Positions 1 to 8,968 of a stretch of 64,000 nucleotides of DNA are shown piece by piece. Under the pieces are notes generated by a model, which was not told the origin of the DNA, did not search any database, and worked only from the letters and a program-made list of their open reading frames with translations. The stretch's first letter is position 1. Each line of letters opens with the position of its first letter. Source of the DNA: an uncultured virus (IMG/VR IMGVR_UViG_3300025934_000016) (Duplodnaviria > Heunggongvirae > Uroviricota > Caudoviricetes). Position numbers and translations under genes: made by a program. Location: IMG/VR virus record IMGVR_UViG_3300025934_000016. The stretch is one strand, 5' to 3'.

Positions 1-102
1 GCGACCCATGCTGCGACCCGTGCTGCGGCCCATGCTGCGTCCCCTGCTGCGACCCGTGCTGCGTCCCCTGCTGCGTCCCGTGCTGCGACCCGTGCTGCGG
101 CC
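1..102 (-). repeat. Degenerate 12-bp coding tandem repeat (AA[RGW][VDA])
   Basis: About 8 units such as tgctgcgacccg, tgctgcgtcccc, tgctgcggccca. Confidence 0.9.
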
Positions 103-503
103 AAAGACGGCTGAGCACGTTCAGCAGCCCTAACGCCGTCCAATGCAGCTAAGTATTCAAGCGTGTCGGCGTGTACGGTCAATCCAGCAAGCCGCAAAAA
201 AGCGGGCGCACATTCACGAGCAAGCCAATCGATCGCAAGCCACGCACGACTAGCTTCGTGGTCTTCCGTACCGACGGTATTGATACACTTTGCCACATAC
301 GGCTTTAGCATTTGCCGATCATCGTCATTCAAAGAATCGTTCCAGTTGCGCATGAAAGTAGCGATAGTTGGCGCGACACATTTGGGGTGGTCGCCCCACG
401 GTTCTTCGGCAATGTACGCCGCTAACTCCATCGCGCACATTTTGCCGTCAGGCTCGTGCGCGCCTGAATAAAGTTTGATTTCTTCAAGGTTGACAATTCT
501 CAT
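1..503 (-). CDS. Hypothetical phage protein with Ala-rich tetrapeptide repeats (3' end beyond window)
   Basis: Manual translation from ATG 503: MRIVNLEEIKLYSGAHEPDGKMCAMELAAYIAEEPWGDHPKCV...AAARVAARDAAGDAARVAAGDAAWAAARVAAWV; open to the window edge; not in the ORF track. Confidence 0.8.
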   Translation of the reverse strand, partial: MRIVNLEEIKLYSGAHEPDGKMCAMELAAYIAEEPWGDHPKCVAPTIATFMRNWNDSLNDDDRQMLKPYVAKCINTVGTEDHEASRAWLAIDWLARECAPAFLRLAGLTVHADTLEYLAALDGVRAAERAQPSLAAARVAARDAAGDAARVAAGDAAWAAARVAAWV

Positions 504-510
504 ATTTAAC

Positions 511-657
511 TCATCGTTCCTCCGCAATTATCTTGGCCCGCGCCAGCTCAATCTCGATCCACGCCATTTGACGCGGATATTTTTTTATCTGTGCGGCCAA
601 CTCGCGCCTGAGTTGTTCGAGACAGCCGACATTGTATTTTGCGTGGTCCTCGCTCAT
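511..657 (-). CDS. Small hypothetical protein (48 aa)
   Basis: Manual translation MSEDHAKYNVGCLEQLRRELAAQIKKYPRQMAWIEIELARAKIIAEER; packs against the next gene. Confidence 0.55.
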   Translation of the reverse strand: MSEDHAKYNVGCLEQLRRELAAQIKKYPRQMAWIEIELARAKIIAEER

Positions 658-920
658 CGTTTTACCATCGGCTTTCTACACCGCCGGCACATTGGCATCG
701 TTTTAGCTCCGCTATCGCGCTATTAAAGCCGATACTTAACGTTCGCCCTGTTGGATCGCCTCGGCTAACGGCTTCCGCATTATCACCCTGGCGTTTGGGG
801 CAGCTTGCTTCCCGCACGTTGCGCTGCATCCGTATGTTCAGCCTACGACTCTGAGCCGCTTTACTGGCCATTAGTGCGGACGGAGTAATCATTTTTTTTG
901 TGGCATTTTTGTGGCATCAA

Positions 921-1184
921 TTATTCACGTCCGTGTACGTCCGTGGTAGGTGGCATGTCGATGTCGTACAGCAGCGGCAGCGCCTGGACCTTTGCCTTGG
1001 GCTTTCGCCGCTTGGACTCCGCAAACGGACTCGCCCCGCTCACGATCTTTAACCCCTTGGCATCAAGCACGCTTAATGCTTTCACCGTCGCGTCGCGTGA
1101 CTCCTTCCCCGTTCCCGTGAGAACAATCGTCCAGTCCTTTCGCTTGTGCGTCTCGGTTGCCACTATGGTTTTGGTTGCCGCCAT
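921..1184 (-). CDS. Hypothetical protein
   Basis: 87-aa ORF with GGAGG upstream, operon orientation. Confidence 0.65.
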   Translation of the reverse strand: MAATKTIVATETHKRKDWTIVLTGTGKESRDATVKALSVLDAKGLKIVSGASPFAESKRRKPKAKVQALPLLYDIDMPPTTDVHGRE

Positions 1185-1391
1185 TTTTCCCCTCCTGGTT
1201 TTGGTTCAGATATCGCCGCCGTTCGGTTGCCCGCGAGTTGGCCTGCTGCCCCTGGCGCGAGGGGAGCACCACGCCCCGCTCCTCGAGATCCTTCCAGGTC
1301 GTCTCCCCCGTCAGAGTCATCCGGCGCGCCATCACGTAAGTGGCGTGGCACACGCCCCGGATCCAGGCCAGCGTCCCGCAGCACGGGCAAG

Positions 1392-1565
1392 TCACTCCGT
1401 CGAGGAGCGGTCTTTTGGCGGGATCATGCTGGAGATAATCTCCTCGGGTTTCTTCTTGCCGATCCCATCGATCATTTCTTTCAGCCACTGCTTGCCCCTT
1501 TCCACGTTGCGCCGGTCGCCAAGCGGCGGGATGTAGACCCGCCTAGGACGCTTTTTCTTTCCCAT
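1392..1565 (-). CDS. Small basic hypothetical protein
   Basis: MGKKKRPRRVYIPP... start preceded by AGGAGG. Confidence 0.55.
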   Translation of the reverse strand: MGKKKRPRRVYIPPLGDRRNVERGKQWLKEMIDGIGKKKPEEIISSMIPPKDRSSTE

Positions 1566-2043
1566 TGATCGTTGCCTCCTGTCTTCGAAGGAGCGCCGCC
1601 TGCTCGCGGATGAGCTTTCTTCGCGCCCCCTCGTCATCGGCGGTCCTGGGTATGGATTTCTCCTCAATCAGGTCGGTCAAAAGCTGCCGCGCTTTTTTAA
1701 CCACCTCGGGGTCCGGCCTCTCCTCGAGCAGAATTGGCGGCTTGGGCTTGGGTAGCCGCTGGATTGTGGAGATCACTTCGGCAACTGTCGGGAAATATTC
1801 ACAGTTGTCGATCAGAATGTCTGCGGCTCGACGCAATTGCTCTGGCTTGAAGCGCTGGAGCCTCTCGTAGTAGAGCGCGGTGGTCGCAATCGTTACCTCC
1901 GTGCGTGGAAATGCCGCACAGAGCCGCGCCCATAAGTCATCGAAAAATGTGCGAAATTCATCAGCGTCTGTTTGGCGATCCGTCCCTGATTTTTTGGAAT
2001 TCTCTGAGCGCTGCAAACCCTTTCGGTTCTGCGACTCTTCCAT
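1543..2043 (-). CDS. Replication accessory protein (helicase loader/inhibitor, G39P/P-like)
   Basis: YYERLQRF...AADILIDNCEYFPTVAEV motif; directly downstream of the initiator; GGAGGAGG before ATG 2043. Confidence 0.6.
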   Translation of the reverse strand: MEESQNRKGLQRSENSKKSGTDRQTDADEFRTFFDDLWARLCAAFPRTEVTIATTALYYERLQRFKPEQLRRAADILIDNCEYFPTVAEVISTIQRLPKPKPPILLEERPDPEVVKKARQLLTDLIEEKSIPRTADDEGARRKLIREQAALLRRQEATINGKEKAS

Positions 2044-2821
2044 TCGAGCCTCCTCCCGATTGCTGGTTGTGTATCCAGTCAACTTTGATTGCAGTCCAGT
2101 TTCGGTCTATCGCTTCACTGAGCACGGCGGCTGGCGCATGGCCTAACCCCATCAACTCCCTAAGAACATTGATAATCCGCTTCGCTATCGTTTCCGTGAC
2201 CGGGGCCCGTTTTCTCTTTCTGTGGGCTAGAAATTCCTGCCACTCGGACTGCGGCATCCAATCCGGCAGCATGAAATCGTCCGACATCAGGCGGGTGACA
2301 CGGCGGCCTTGCCCCTCCCCCTTACAATCCCCCTCTTTAAGATCAGAGATAAGATTAGAAGAGATAACATTATATAAGATGGGTGCGGTTTCCTTTTTAC
2401 TTCCTTTTTGTTTCCTTAAGGAAGTAGAGATTCCCTTGTGTTTTCCATACCTTCTATCGTGCTTAATCCAAATCTCTTGTAAATAGCGTCTTCGAGAATT
2501 GTGATACTTTTTTGCTAAATACGGTCCCGCGTAGTCTAACCAGTCGTGTAAAATCTTCTCATCAAGCCATCCACAAGCATTGAGCGCACGGACAAAACCG
2601 TCCTCGTTCCCCTCAAATGCCGCCATCCGAGCGATCATCCCGTTGGGCCAGCCGGACAGGTCTCCGTCCTCCTGCTGCTCAAGGGCGTTATGCCAAAGTG
2701 CGTGGAGGTGGCCGATGGCGTGGACTGGTTTAATACCTAGTGCGTTTGCTAACATGATCGTTTTTCTGTGCCTGAGTAGAACTGTGTGAGATTCGATCCA
2801 CGGCATCTTCCTTTCTCCCAT
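1961..2821 (-). CDS. Phage replication initiator (replisome organiser / O-like); alternative start 2806
   Basis: N-terminal WIESH...GHLHALW...DGDLS; AT-rich repetitive linker; C-terminal PDWMPQSEWQEFLAHRK...AIDRNW domain. Confidence 0.75.
   Translation of the reverse strand: MGERKMPWIESHTVLLRHRKTIMLANALGIKPVHAIGHLHALWHNALEQQEDGDLSGWPNGMIARMAAFEGNEDGFVRALNACGWLDEKILHDWLDYAGPYLAKKYHNSRRRYLQEIWIKHDRRYGKHKGISTSLRKQKGSKKETAPILYNVISSNLISDLKEGDCKGEGQGRRVTRLMSDDFMLPDWMPQSEWQEFLAHRKRKRAPVTETIAKRIINVLRELMGLGHAPAAVLSEAIDRNWTAIKVDWIHNQQSGGGSNGRVAEPKGFAALREFQKIRDGSPNRR
2330..2430. promoter_or_regulatory. Probable replication origin inside the initiator gene
   Basis: AT-rich tract with ~5-bp periodic GATAA/GAGAA-like units and AAGGAA repeated at ~11-bp spacing; lambdoid-type position. 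Confidence 0.5.
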
Positions 2822-2938
2822 TTGGCGCTTTGCAGTTGCGGCATAACTCCTTTGTTAAATTGTTGGTGGTCGCGCAGTTCGAGCAAAACCAAAATACCTT
2901 CCGATAGATCGCTATCATCTTGGGCGGGAGCGGCGGCG

Positions 2939-3178
2939 TCAGAAATGCTCCTTCATGTACCTATTGCCGATCTCGCAGCACGCCTCGGCCATCTCCTTCA
3001 TCATCGCAACCGCTTCAGTGATGTGCCCATTTCGAGCATAAACGACCGCCGCCACTTGCATCCAAAGCACCGACGCCAGCGTGTGCTGGTGTAGAGAGAC
3101 GGCCAAGTTGGCGGCGGTCGTAATGTCTTCTTCGAGCACATCGAACTTGGCGTAGATATCGTCCTTGGCGTCTTTCAT
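2939..3178 (-). CDS. Hypothetical protein
   Basis: 79-aa ORF, ATGA overlap with the upstream gene. Confidence 0.7.
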   Translation of the reverse strand: MKDAKDDIYAKFDVLEEDITTAANLAVSLHQHTLASVLWMQVAAVVYARNGHITEAVAMMKEMAEACCEIGNRYMKEHF

Positions 3179-3399
3179 TTTCTGAAAATCTTCTGGAACT
3201 CATCGTTCAGTAACTTCCAGGCATAGACCGGCTTCTTACTGAGAGCGTTTTCCACCTCGGCGTGATCGAGCTCCTCCTGAATTTCCTCCATGCACGAGGA
3301 GCAATGGGCGCCGCGCCGGTCCAAGTTGCGATCGCACTTAACGCAGCGCCTATCCGCCCAGTAATCGTTTAAAGAATCGTTTAGGTCACGGTAACTCAT
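3175..3399 (-). CDS. Small Zn-finger protein
   Basis: CVKC...CSSC. Confidence 0.7.
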   Translation of the reverse strand: MSYRDLNDSLNDYWADRRCVKCDRNLDRRGAHCSSCMEEIQEELDHAEVENALSKKPVYAWKLLNDEFQKIFRK

Positions 3400-3583
3400 A
3401 GGTTTTCCCTTTCTCTTGGTTTTGGCTGGGTAACTATTCCTCAGTTGACACGCGGGGCTACACCCAAGGACAGTCCCCAGCCCTCCATGCGGCGCACGTC
3501 CCGCGTCAAGTTTTCGCCCGACTGTTGCACGCGGACCTGTCGGAACATGCCTGACGTACCCCTAGCGCCTGTGGGTTAAATCC

Positions 3584-3763
3584 TCATGCGATGAACTCAT
3601 CGTCATCGCAGATATGCTGGATGCCGGTCGGGCCGGCGACATCGGCCTCGGCACAACCGTTTTCCTCGGCGATAAGCTCGCGCCACTTCCTGACGGCCTC
3701 AGCAAACGACAAAGCAATCACCCACATCGGGCGGTCGCCATCCTGGACCAGAAAGAGGCTCAT
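3584..3763 (-). CDS. Small hypothetical protein (59 aa)
   Basis: Manual translation MSLFLVQDGDRPMWVIALSFAEAVRKWREL...; starts 4 nt after the ATPase stop. Confidence 0.65.
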   Translation of the reverse strand: MSLFLVQDGDRPMWVIALSFAEAVRKWRELIAEENGCAEADVAGPTGIQHICDDDEFIA

Positions 3764-3767
3764 TGGC

Positions 3768-5402
3768 TTAAACCATCTCTCCCTGGCTCGGCTCTTCCGC
3801 TTTGGACGACCCCGCGCGCCTTAACTGTGTGCGCTTGGTGTTATAGGCCCGGTGGACGCGCTTACGGTTCTCCTCGGATAGCCCGGAAATGACCGCCCCG
3901 AACTCGGCAAACTTGGCGTCAAGATCGCCCTGCTTCTTGGCGTCCATGAGCGTATCCTCGATGTCGCGTGTCGTCGCCGCCTCGATGGCCTTCTTGTCTT
4001 CGGGCGATATTCCGAGGTTGGGGGCTACGGCGCCCTGCGGCTTGGGCGCCTCTGTGGGCTGCTGTGGGCTTGGCTTGCTCGCAAACTCCGGGATGTCGTC
4101 ATCACTCGGCGGTAATTGGACCGTAGGCGATTGGCTCTGCTTGGCCCTTTCTAACTCCTCCTCGTACTTCACCTTCGCCTCGGTGAAAAAATCGGTGATC
4201 TTATCGAACTGACTCGCATTAAACGCCTTGTCGATAAACTCCATGTGTTTGGCGGCAAACCTGGAAAGATAATCGATTGTATCGACCCCGGCCGTGAGCC
4301 TATCGGGATGAATCTCGACTAGGCCCGCCGTGGAGCGCACATTGAAGATCAGGTTGTTGAGGATGGCCCTAACCGACTTCTCCGCGCCGCCGCTGCCGCC
4401 AAGCCCCCACTGATTGTAGACTCCGACAATCTCTTCCACCGTCCGCTCGGCGCGTAGCCTCTGCTGGTAAAACGCTTCCCCGCCGCCCTTGGTGAACAGT
4501 GTCCCGAGCGCCTTGTCCGATTCGGTCGGCGGCTCTACGGTCTTATTCCCGGTGGCCAGTATCTTGTAGACCGGCTCAAAGATGGACCAGGCGTTTTTCT
4601 GTAGTTGCTCATCGGTGTACTTCTTGCCCTGCTCATCCTCGGTGAAAAGCAAAAACTCCTTGCCGTCGATCTGGCGCGAGCGGTCTTTCAGCACCGTGGC
4701 CTTGCGGGCTATCATCACCCGGGAGTCTTCCATGTGCTGCGCTCTTTCCATCAGGAGAACGACATCGGGCTCGTATAGGAGCTCATTATCGCCGCGCATC
4801 TTGACGCCCGTTGCCTCAAAGCTCTTTTTCCCGGTGTCCTCGTCGGTCATCATGGAATACTCAAAAGCGGCTCTCCCAGTGAAAAGAAGGTGAGTATTGA
4901 CGGCGTTGGTAAACGGTGTGGAGAATTTCTCCTTCCACATCGGCTTGATCACGAGCGCGTCTTGCGGGTACTTGACCTTGCGCCCGTTGTCCCTCTCGAA
5001 CTGCACCATCATCTGCTCATAGACGTGCGTCACGGTGTCGGTCATAAAAATGGTGCCGCGGTTTTGCTCGCAGAGATTTAGGAGCTTGTTCCACACCAGA
5101 AGGTCGCGCGAGTGAGTGACAAAGAAATTCTTTCCTTCGATCAGCCCGAATTGACGAAAGAACGGGATGATAAACTTGACCGACTTCTCGGTGTCCTGAA
5201 GGATGACGTTGCCCGTCCTGCCCTCGGCCATCCAGATTCCAACCGCCGCGCAGCAAAGCGTGAAGGTCTTTCCGCCGCCGGCGAAACCTTCAGCCGACAT
5301 CTTGAACGGCGACCAGGTATCGGCCGATTTCATAAACAGACCCGACGCCGCAAACGGGTTATCCGCCGGCGGCGCGGTATTTTTGTTGTTGCTTGGTTCC
5401 AT
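3768..5402 (-). CDS. P-loop ATPase, AAA_24/Sak4-like recombination protein with long C-terminal extension
   Basis: Walker A GFAGGGKT, ILQDTEK, FMTDTVTH, YEPDVVL, VLKDR. Confidence 0.75.
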   Translation of the reverse strand: MEPSNNKNTAPPADNPFAASGLFMKSADTWSPFKMSAEGFAGGGKTFTLCCAAVGIWMAEGRTGNVILQDTEKSVKFIIPFFRQFGLIEGKNFFVTHSRDLLVWNKLLNLCEQNRGTIFMTDTVTHVYEQMMVQFERDNGRKVKYPQDALVIKPMWKEKFSTPFTNAVNTHLLFTGRAAFEYSMMTDEDTGKKSFEATGVKMRGDNELLYEPDVVLLMERAQHMEDSRVMIARKATVLKDRSRQIDGKEFLLFTEDEQGKKYTDEQLQKNAWSIFEPVYKILATGNKTVEPPTESDKALGTLFTKGGGEAFYQQRLRAERTVEEIVGVYNQWGLGGSGGAEKSVRAILNNLIFNVRSTAGLVEIHPDRLTAGVDTIDYLSRFAAKHMEFIDKAFNASQFDKITDFFTEAKVKYEEELERAKQSQSPTVQLPPSDDDIPEFASKPSPQQPTEAPKPQGAVAPNLGISPEDKKAIEAATTRDIEDTLMDAKKQGDLDAKFAEFGAVISGLSEENRKRVHRAYNTKRTQLRRAGSSKAEEPSQGEMV

Positions 5403-5423
5403 TTCATTACCCTTTCTATTTTT

Positions 5424-5636
5424 CTACTTGGTTGTTTTTTGCACGATCCCGAAAGACCGGCACAGTTGATCGATCAGCGGCTTTTTCCCCCAGCCGCCAA
5501 GGTCGCGCCCGTCCTGGGCGACCAGCACTATCCTCTCGGCCTTAGCCCCCATGCCGTTGGTGAAAAGCTCCTCCACGGCTTTTCTAACGTCCTCTTCTCC
5601 TACTTCCATGCTCCTCATCTCCCTTCTTTTCCTCAT
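5424..5636 (-). CDS. Hypothetical protein
   Basis: ORF in the early operon; start uncertain. Confidence 0.6.
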   Translation of the reverse strand: MRKRREMRSMEVGEEDVRKAVEELFTNGMGAKAERIVLVAQDGRDLGGWGKKPLIDQLCRSFGIVQKTTK

Positions 5637-5903
5637 CAGGCTCTAGTAACTTTTGAGGCATGAGGTGAATCACAATCGCTTGATTTACTGCCATGACGTT
5701 GATGCCGCCTGATTTTATGTCCTCCCAGTCCGCCTCGCTCAAAAGTAGCGTGATGGACTTCATCACTTTACTCATAAATGTTTCGACCTTCCTCCTCCGC
5801 GATGCACCACTCGCAACTCTCCCAATCGCAATCATTGGCTATGTGGGCGTCGTACTTCTCATCGCGGCTTACTTCCTCGGCTGTGCGAAACTGCTTCCAA
5901 TAA

Positions 5904-6155
5904 TCACGCAGGCTGATATCTTTGTTCATAGTAAGTCTCCCCCTCTCTCGGCTCTCGCGGCGCTGGCACTACTTCCAACCTCCTTCCCCGCGACGGCACC
6001 TCGTAGCCGTTCTGTGCGTCGATGATCATCGCGGCAACGAAAAACCCCACAAAAAAACCCAGGGCCAACGCGATCACTAACAGCGTGACGGGATAGTCCG
6101 CGCGTATCCGCCTGTTCTTTAACTCAACTATTCCCCGGCCATGGGTCAGTGCCAT
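5904..6155 (-). CDS. Small membrane protein
   Basis: Hydrophobic VTLLVIALALGFFVGFFVAAMII; AGGAAAGG upstream. Confidence 0.7.
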   Translation of the reverse strand: MALTHGRGIVELKNRRIRADYPVTLLVIALALGFFVGFFVAAMIIDAQNGYEVPSRGRRLEVVPAPREPREGETYYEQRYQPA

Positions 6156-6274
6156 ATACTTTCCTTTCCTTGTTACTTAAAGATTAAAAATCGTTCCTGT
6201 TGTTCTAAACCCCGTTGTGGCCATGCACAAAACGATTCGCTGTTCCCTTTCCGCACCCGCACTCACAAAACTTA

Positions 6275-6457
6275 CTAGTTTGATGATCCATCGTCTTCGG
6301 CGTCCTCTAACAAATGATCTAGTGCTTCTACTTCGTCCTTGATTGCCTGTCGGCATAGAGGGCAGAAGGACATGAGCGACTCGTACTTCGACGGTGTTAG
6401 GAATATCGCCAGACACTTACTATTGGCGCAGTGATCGAGCTTTCCGCATGTCAACAT
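6275..6457 (-). CDS. Small Cys-rich protein
   Basis: CANSKC...CPLC. Confidence 0.6.
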   Translation of the reverse strand: MLTCGKLDHCANSKCLAIFLTPSKYESLMSFCPLCRQAIKDEVEALDHLLEDAEDDGSSN

Positions 6458-6460
6458 GAC

Positions 6461-6748
6461 TTACTCCTTCGGCCACTTCTTCCCGGTCTGGTAAAATTGC
6501 TCCTCGGCGCGCTTGATGCACTTTAGCCCCTCGATGAAATCGTTCTGCCGCTCCTGTCTCTTCATTTCCTTGACGTAGCGTTCTTCTTCGTCTCGACTGA
6601 AGCCACTCTCGTGCTTGGCAAACTCAGCCGCGCGGCAGTCGATACACGGAGTTGTCGCGGGCCGCTTGCAGTGTGTGATCTGCGGACAGTCAACGTCCTT
6701 CTGGCAGTTCTCGCAAAAATGCGCGTGAAGTCCTGATTTCATAATCAC
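6461..6748 (-). CDS. Cys-rich hypothetical protein
   Basis: HFCENC...CPQITHC...CIDC. Confidence 0.65.
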   Translation of the reverse strand: MIMKSGLHAHFCENCQKDVDCPQITHCKRPATTPCIDCRAAEFAKHESGFSRDEEERYVKEMKRQERQNDFIEGLKCIKRAEEQFYQTGKKWPKE

Positions 6749-6933
6749 GCCGCCCCCTGCTGCTCCTGCTGCTGCTCAAGCAGTTTGCCTTTGCGGATCA
6801 GGGCGGCGTTTTTCCGATTGAGAACCGCCGAGCGACAGCGCACCGAACAGTATTTCTGCCATTCTGTCCTGGGCGAGAACTCCTCGCGGCATTTCCTGTT
6901 CTTGCACTTTCGCTCTTTTAATTTTCGCGCCAT
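6745..6933 (-). CDS. Basic Zn-finger protein, first gene of the leftward operon
   Basis: CKNRKC...QKYCSVRC; AGGAG RBS. Confidence 0.75.
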   Translation of the reverse strand: MARKLKERKCKNRKCREEFSPRTEWQKYCSVRCRSAVLNRKNAALIRKGKLLEQQQEQQGAA

Positions 6934-7026
6934 TGTGCTACTCCTAAATGCTCACTAATGAGTGATGCGTGATGCGGATGTTACGTACTATATGCCAATT
7001 GCCAAACAGAAAGTCAACAGAAAATC
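6934..7026. promoter_or_regulatory. Divergent promoter/operator region
   Basis: AT-rich gap between divergent genes; palindrome TCACTaatgAGTGA at 6952-6965. Confidence 0.55.
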
Positions 7027-7344
7027 ATGGCACCTTGTAAAAATATTTTGACACCGCCCCAGTTGTCCGACATCGTTAAGGAATTGCTGAAGAAAGGAAC
7101 GCCCTACTATGAGCAGCAAGCCAGGCTTGCGGTCGAGATCGGCACCGACTCGCCGACTATTTCAAAAATAAAATACTACGCACCCGAGTGGGAACAGCAC
7201 TTCAGAATATTTATGAAACTCGTGCCCCTCGCCATTCGCTATGGCATCCTTGGGGCACAGCATTTTTTACCTGAGGGGGATGATGAATCGGAAGGAAGTA
7301 TGGGATCTGGTAAGGCGCCTAAGAGTAAGGCTGGTCGTAGATAA
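7027..7344 (+). CDS. Putative HTH regulator (repressor-like)
   Basis: QQARLAVEIGTDSPTISKIK resembles an XRE-type HTH; divergent from the early operon. Confidence 0.55.
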   Translation: MAPCKNILTPPQLSDIVKELLKKGTPYYEQQARLAVEIGTDSPTISKIKYYAPEWEQHFRIFMKLVPLAIRYGILGAQHFLPEGDDESEGSMGSGKAPKSKAGRR

Positions 7345-7576
7345 TCGGGAAACGTCTGATAATCGCCGTGTGAATGTCTTGAAGAAACGTCAGGAATACG
7401 GTGAGTTATATCAAAAATCGCATGGCCTACTCGATATATTATGTCAACCTTCCGAAGCTATTCCCAATAATTCCAACAACTTACCTATTACTGACAACAA
7501 GCCGCGCCGGTCTCTTGGCTTCCCTGTTGCTCAACATAAGGTTGTGCCCCGACACCGTGGTTCCGACACCGTTGAC

Positions 7577-7903
7577 ATGATCGCCAACGCAGGGGTTGAA
7601 AACGCTTCTGACGCCGATCAGATTCCCAACGACTACCAGTTTGAGATTATTCGGCTCCGCCGCCGCGTGGATGAGCTTGAATGTATCGTGCGTGACAGAG
7701 ACAGCCGAGTTGTCGCTGCTATCGCCATGTTCGAGGATGATCTCGTGATGTACCGCACTTTGTTACACGACCACGTTGCGGAAACTCACGATGGCATAAA
7801 ACGGCGCGTGATTCGGATCGAGACAACACTTCAAACATTGAAAGCAAAGGGCAGTAAATTCTACCCGCCCCTGGATATCCCCGAGCGCTGGCAAAAGAAG
7901 TGA
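7577..7903 (+). CDS. Hypothetical coiled-coil protein (start uncertain; frame open from 7241)
   Basis: Protein-like 3' half; converges with the endolysin. Confidence 0.55.
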   Translation: MIANAGVENASDADQIPNDYQFEIIRLRRRVDELECIVRDRDSRVVAAIAMFEDDLVMYRTLLHDHVAETHDGIKRRVIRIETTLQTLKAKGSKFYPPLDIPERWQKK

Positions 7904-7906
7904 TTT

Positions 7907-8446
7907 TCAGAGCGCTGCGGTGACGGCTAGGGCCTTCTCCAATACCTGATCGGGATAGTCGAGGTTGCCGCCATTCCAGCGGAGCAGTGCATCGTGCTTG
8001 TTTCGATTCCCAAACTGGCTCGCGTAGACCCACCAGTGCTTGATCCCGAACTCGATATTGACGTAGGGGTCGCAGAGCTCGGTTAAGAAGCCGCCGCGAA
8101 AGTGCTCCTCGCGCGCTCCTGCGCCCATGAGCTGCATCAGGCCCCAGGAAGCCTGCTGGCCCCACCACTCCTGATCGGGGTCGCCTGCGAGGCAAGGAAA
8201 GTCATTAGGCGGGGTTTTTGAAGCGATTTCGGAATCCGCAACCTTTCGAAACACCGAATCGTTCTTGACGTTCCAAAACCAGCGGTAGCGGGGTTCAGGG
8301 TTATACGCCCATGGGTTTCCGCCCGATTCCTGAAGGATGATCGCTGTAATAAGCGCGGGGTCAAGATCGATGGAGGCTGGGTAGCCCTTGAGCGCGGCTT
8401 GAACGGCGCTGTAATAGCGAATCGCGCAGTGGAGCGGGCTGGTCAT
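7907..8446 (-). CDS. Endolysin, SLT-type lytic transglycosylase
   Basis: AIILQESGGNP (catalytic Glu), SWGLMQLM, WNGG. Confidence 0.9.
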   Translation of the reverse strand: MTSPLHCAIRYYSAVQAALKGYPASIDLDPALITAIILQESGGNPWAYNPEPRYRWFWNVKNDSVFRKVADSEIASKTPPNDFPCLAGDPDQEWWGQQASWGLMQLMGAGAREEHFRGGFLTELCDPYVNIEFGIKHWWVYASQFGNRNKHDALLRWNGGNLDYPDQVLEKALAVTAAL

Positions 8447-8778
8447 TTTGGCGTGGCGGCGGCTTGAATCATGGAGTCGATGATCCCCAGGAGCTTTAGA
8501 TTCGCTTGCAGGGCGGCATTGATCGCCGACTCGTTGGTGCCCGATCGATCGGCGTGGATTTTTACGATCTTTAGCTTGCCGTTGTCATTCTCGATGTCGA
8601 GGTCAAGTCCCTGCTGCTCTTTTGAGCTGTCATACGACGCCTCAAGCGTGCCGTCCGGGAGTATTCTATAAGTTGCCACGGTCTTGGCGCTAAAGTATGC
8701 CGCCCCGCAGCTCGAGGCGAGAAACAGCGCGAGCATGAGCCCTGCCGCCGTCCAGATAACCGATTCGGTCTTACTCAT
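8443..8778 (-). CDS. Putative lipoprotein (spanin candidate)
   Basis: Hydrophobic N-terminus ending LASSC; adjacent to the endolysin. Confidence 0.5.
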   Translation of the reverse strand: MSKTESVIWTAAGLMLALFLASSCGAAYFSAKTVATYRILPDGTLEASYDSSKEQQGLDLDIENDNGKLKIVKIHADRSGTNESAINAALQANLKLLGIIDSMIQAAATPK

Positions 8779-8968
8779 GGGGGCCTTCCTTTCCTTCTTT
8801 GACCTCGGCCCTGTACGCTTGAGCTATTTTCGCCGGCAGGTCATCTATTTTGACGTTAAGCAGAGCGTAGAGATATTTTAGCGCTTCGTACTTCTGGCGC
8901 ATGGTCCAGTTGCGGATCACCAGGCGGAGATCTTCTTGGAGTTCTTCTTGGGTCTTAACGTCGCTCAT
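8771..8968 (-). CDS. Hypothetical protein
   Basis: 65-aa ORF overlapping both neighbours. Confidence 0.7.
   Translation of the reverse strand: MSDVKTQEELQEDLRLVIRNWTMRQKYEALKYLYALLNVKIDDLPAKIAQAYRAEVKEGKEGPHE

Noticed and set aside
1..102. CRISPR array
   Set aside because: Contiguous 12-bp coding repeats with no spacers and no cas genes
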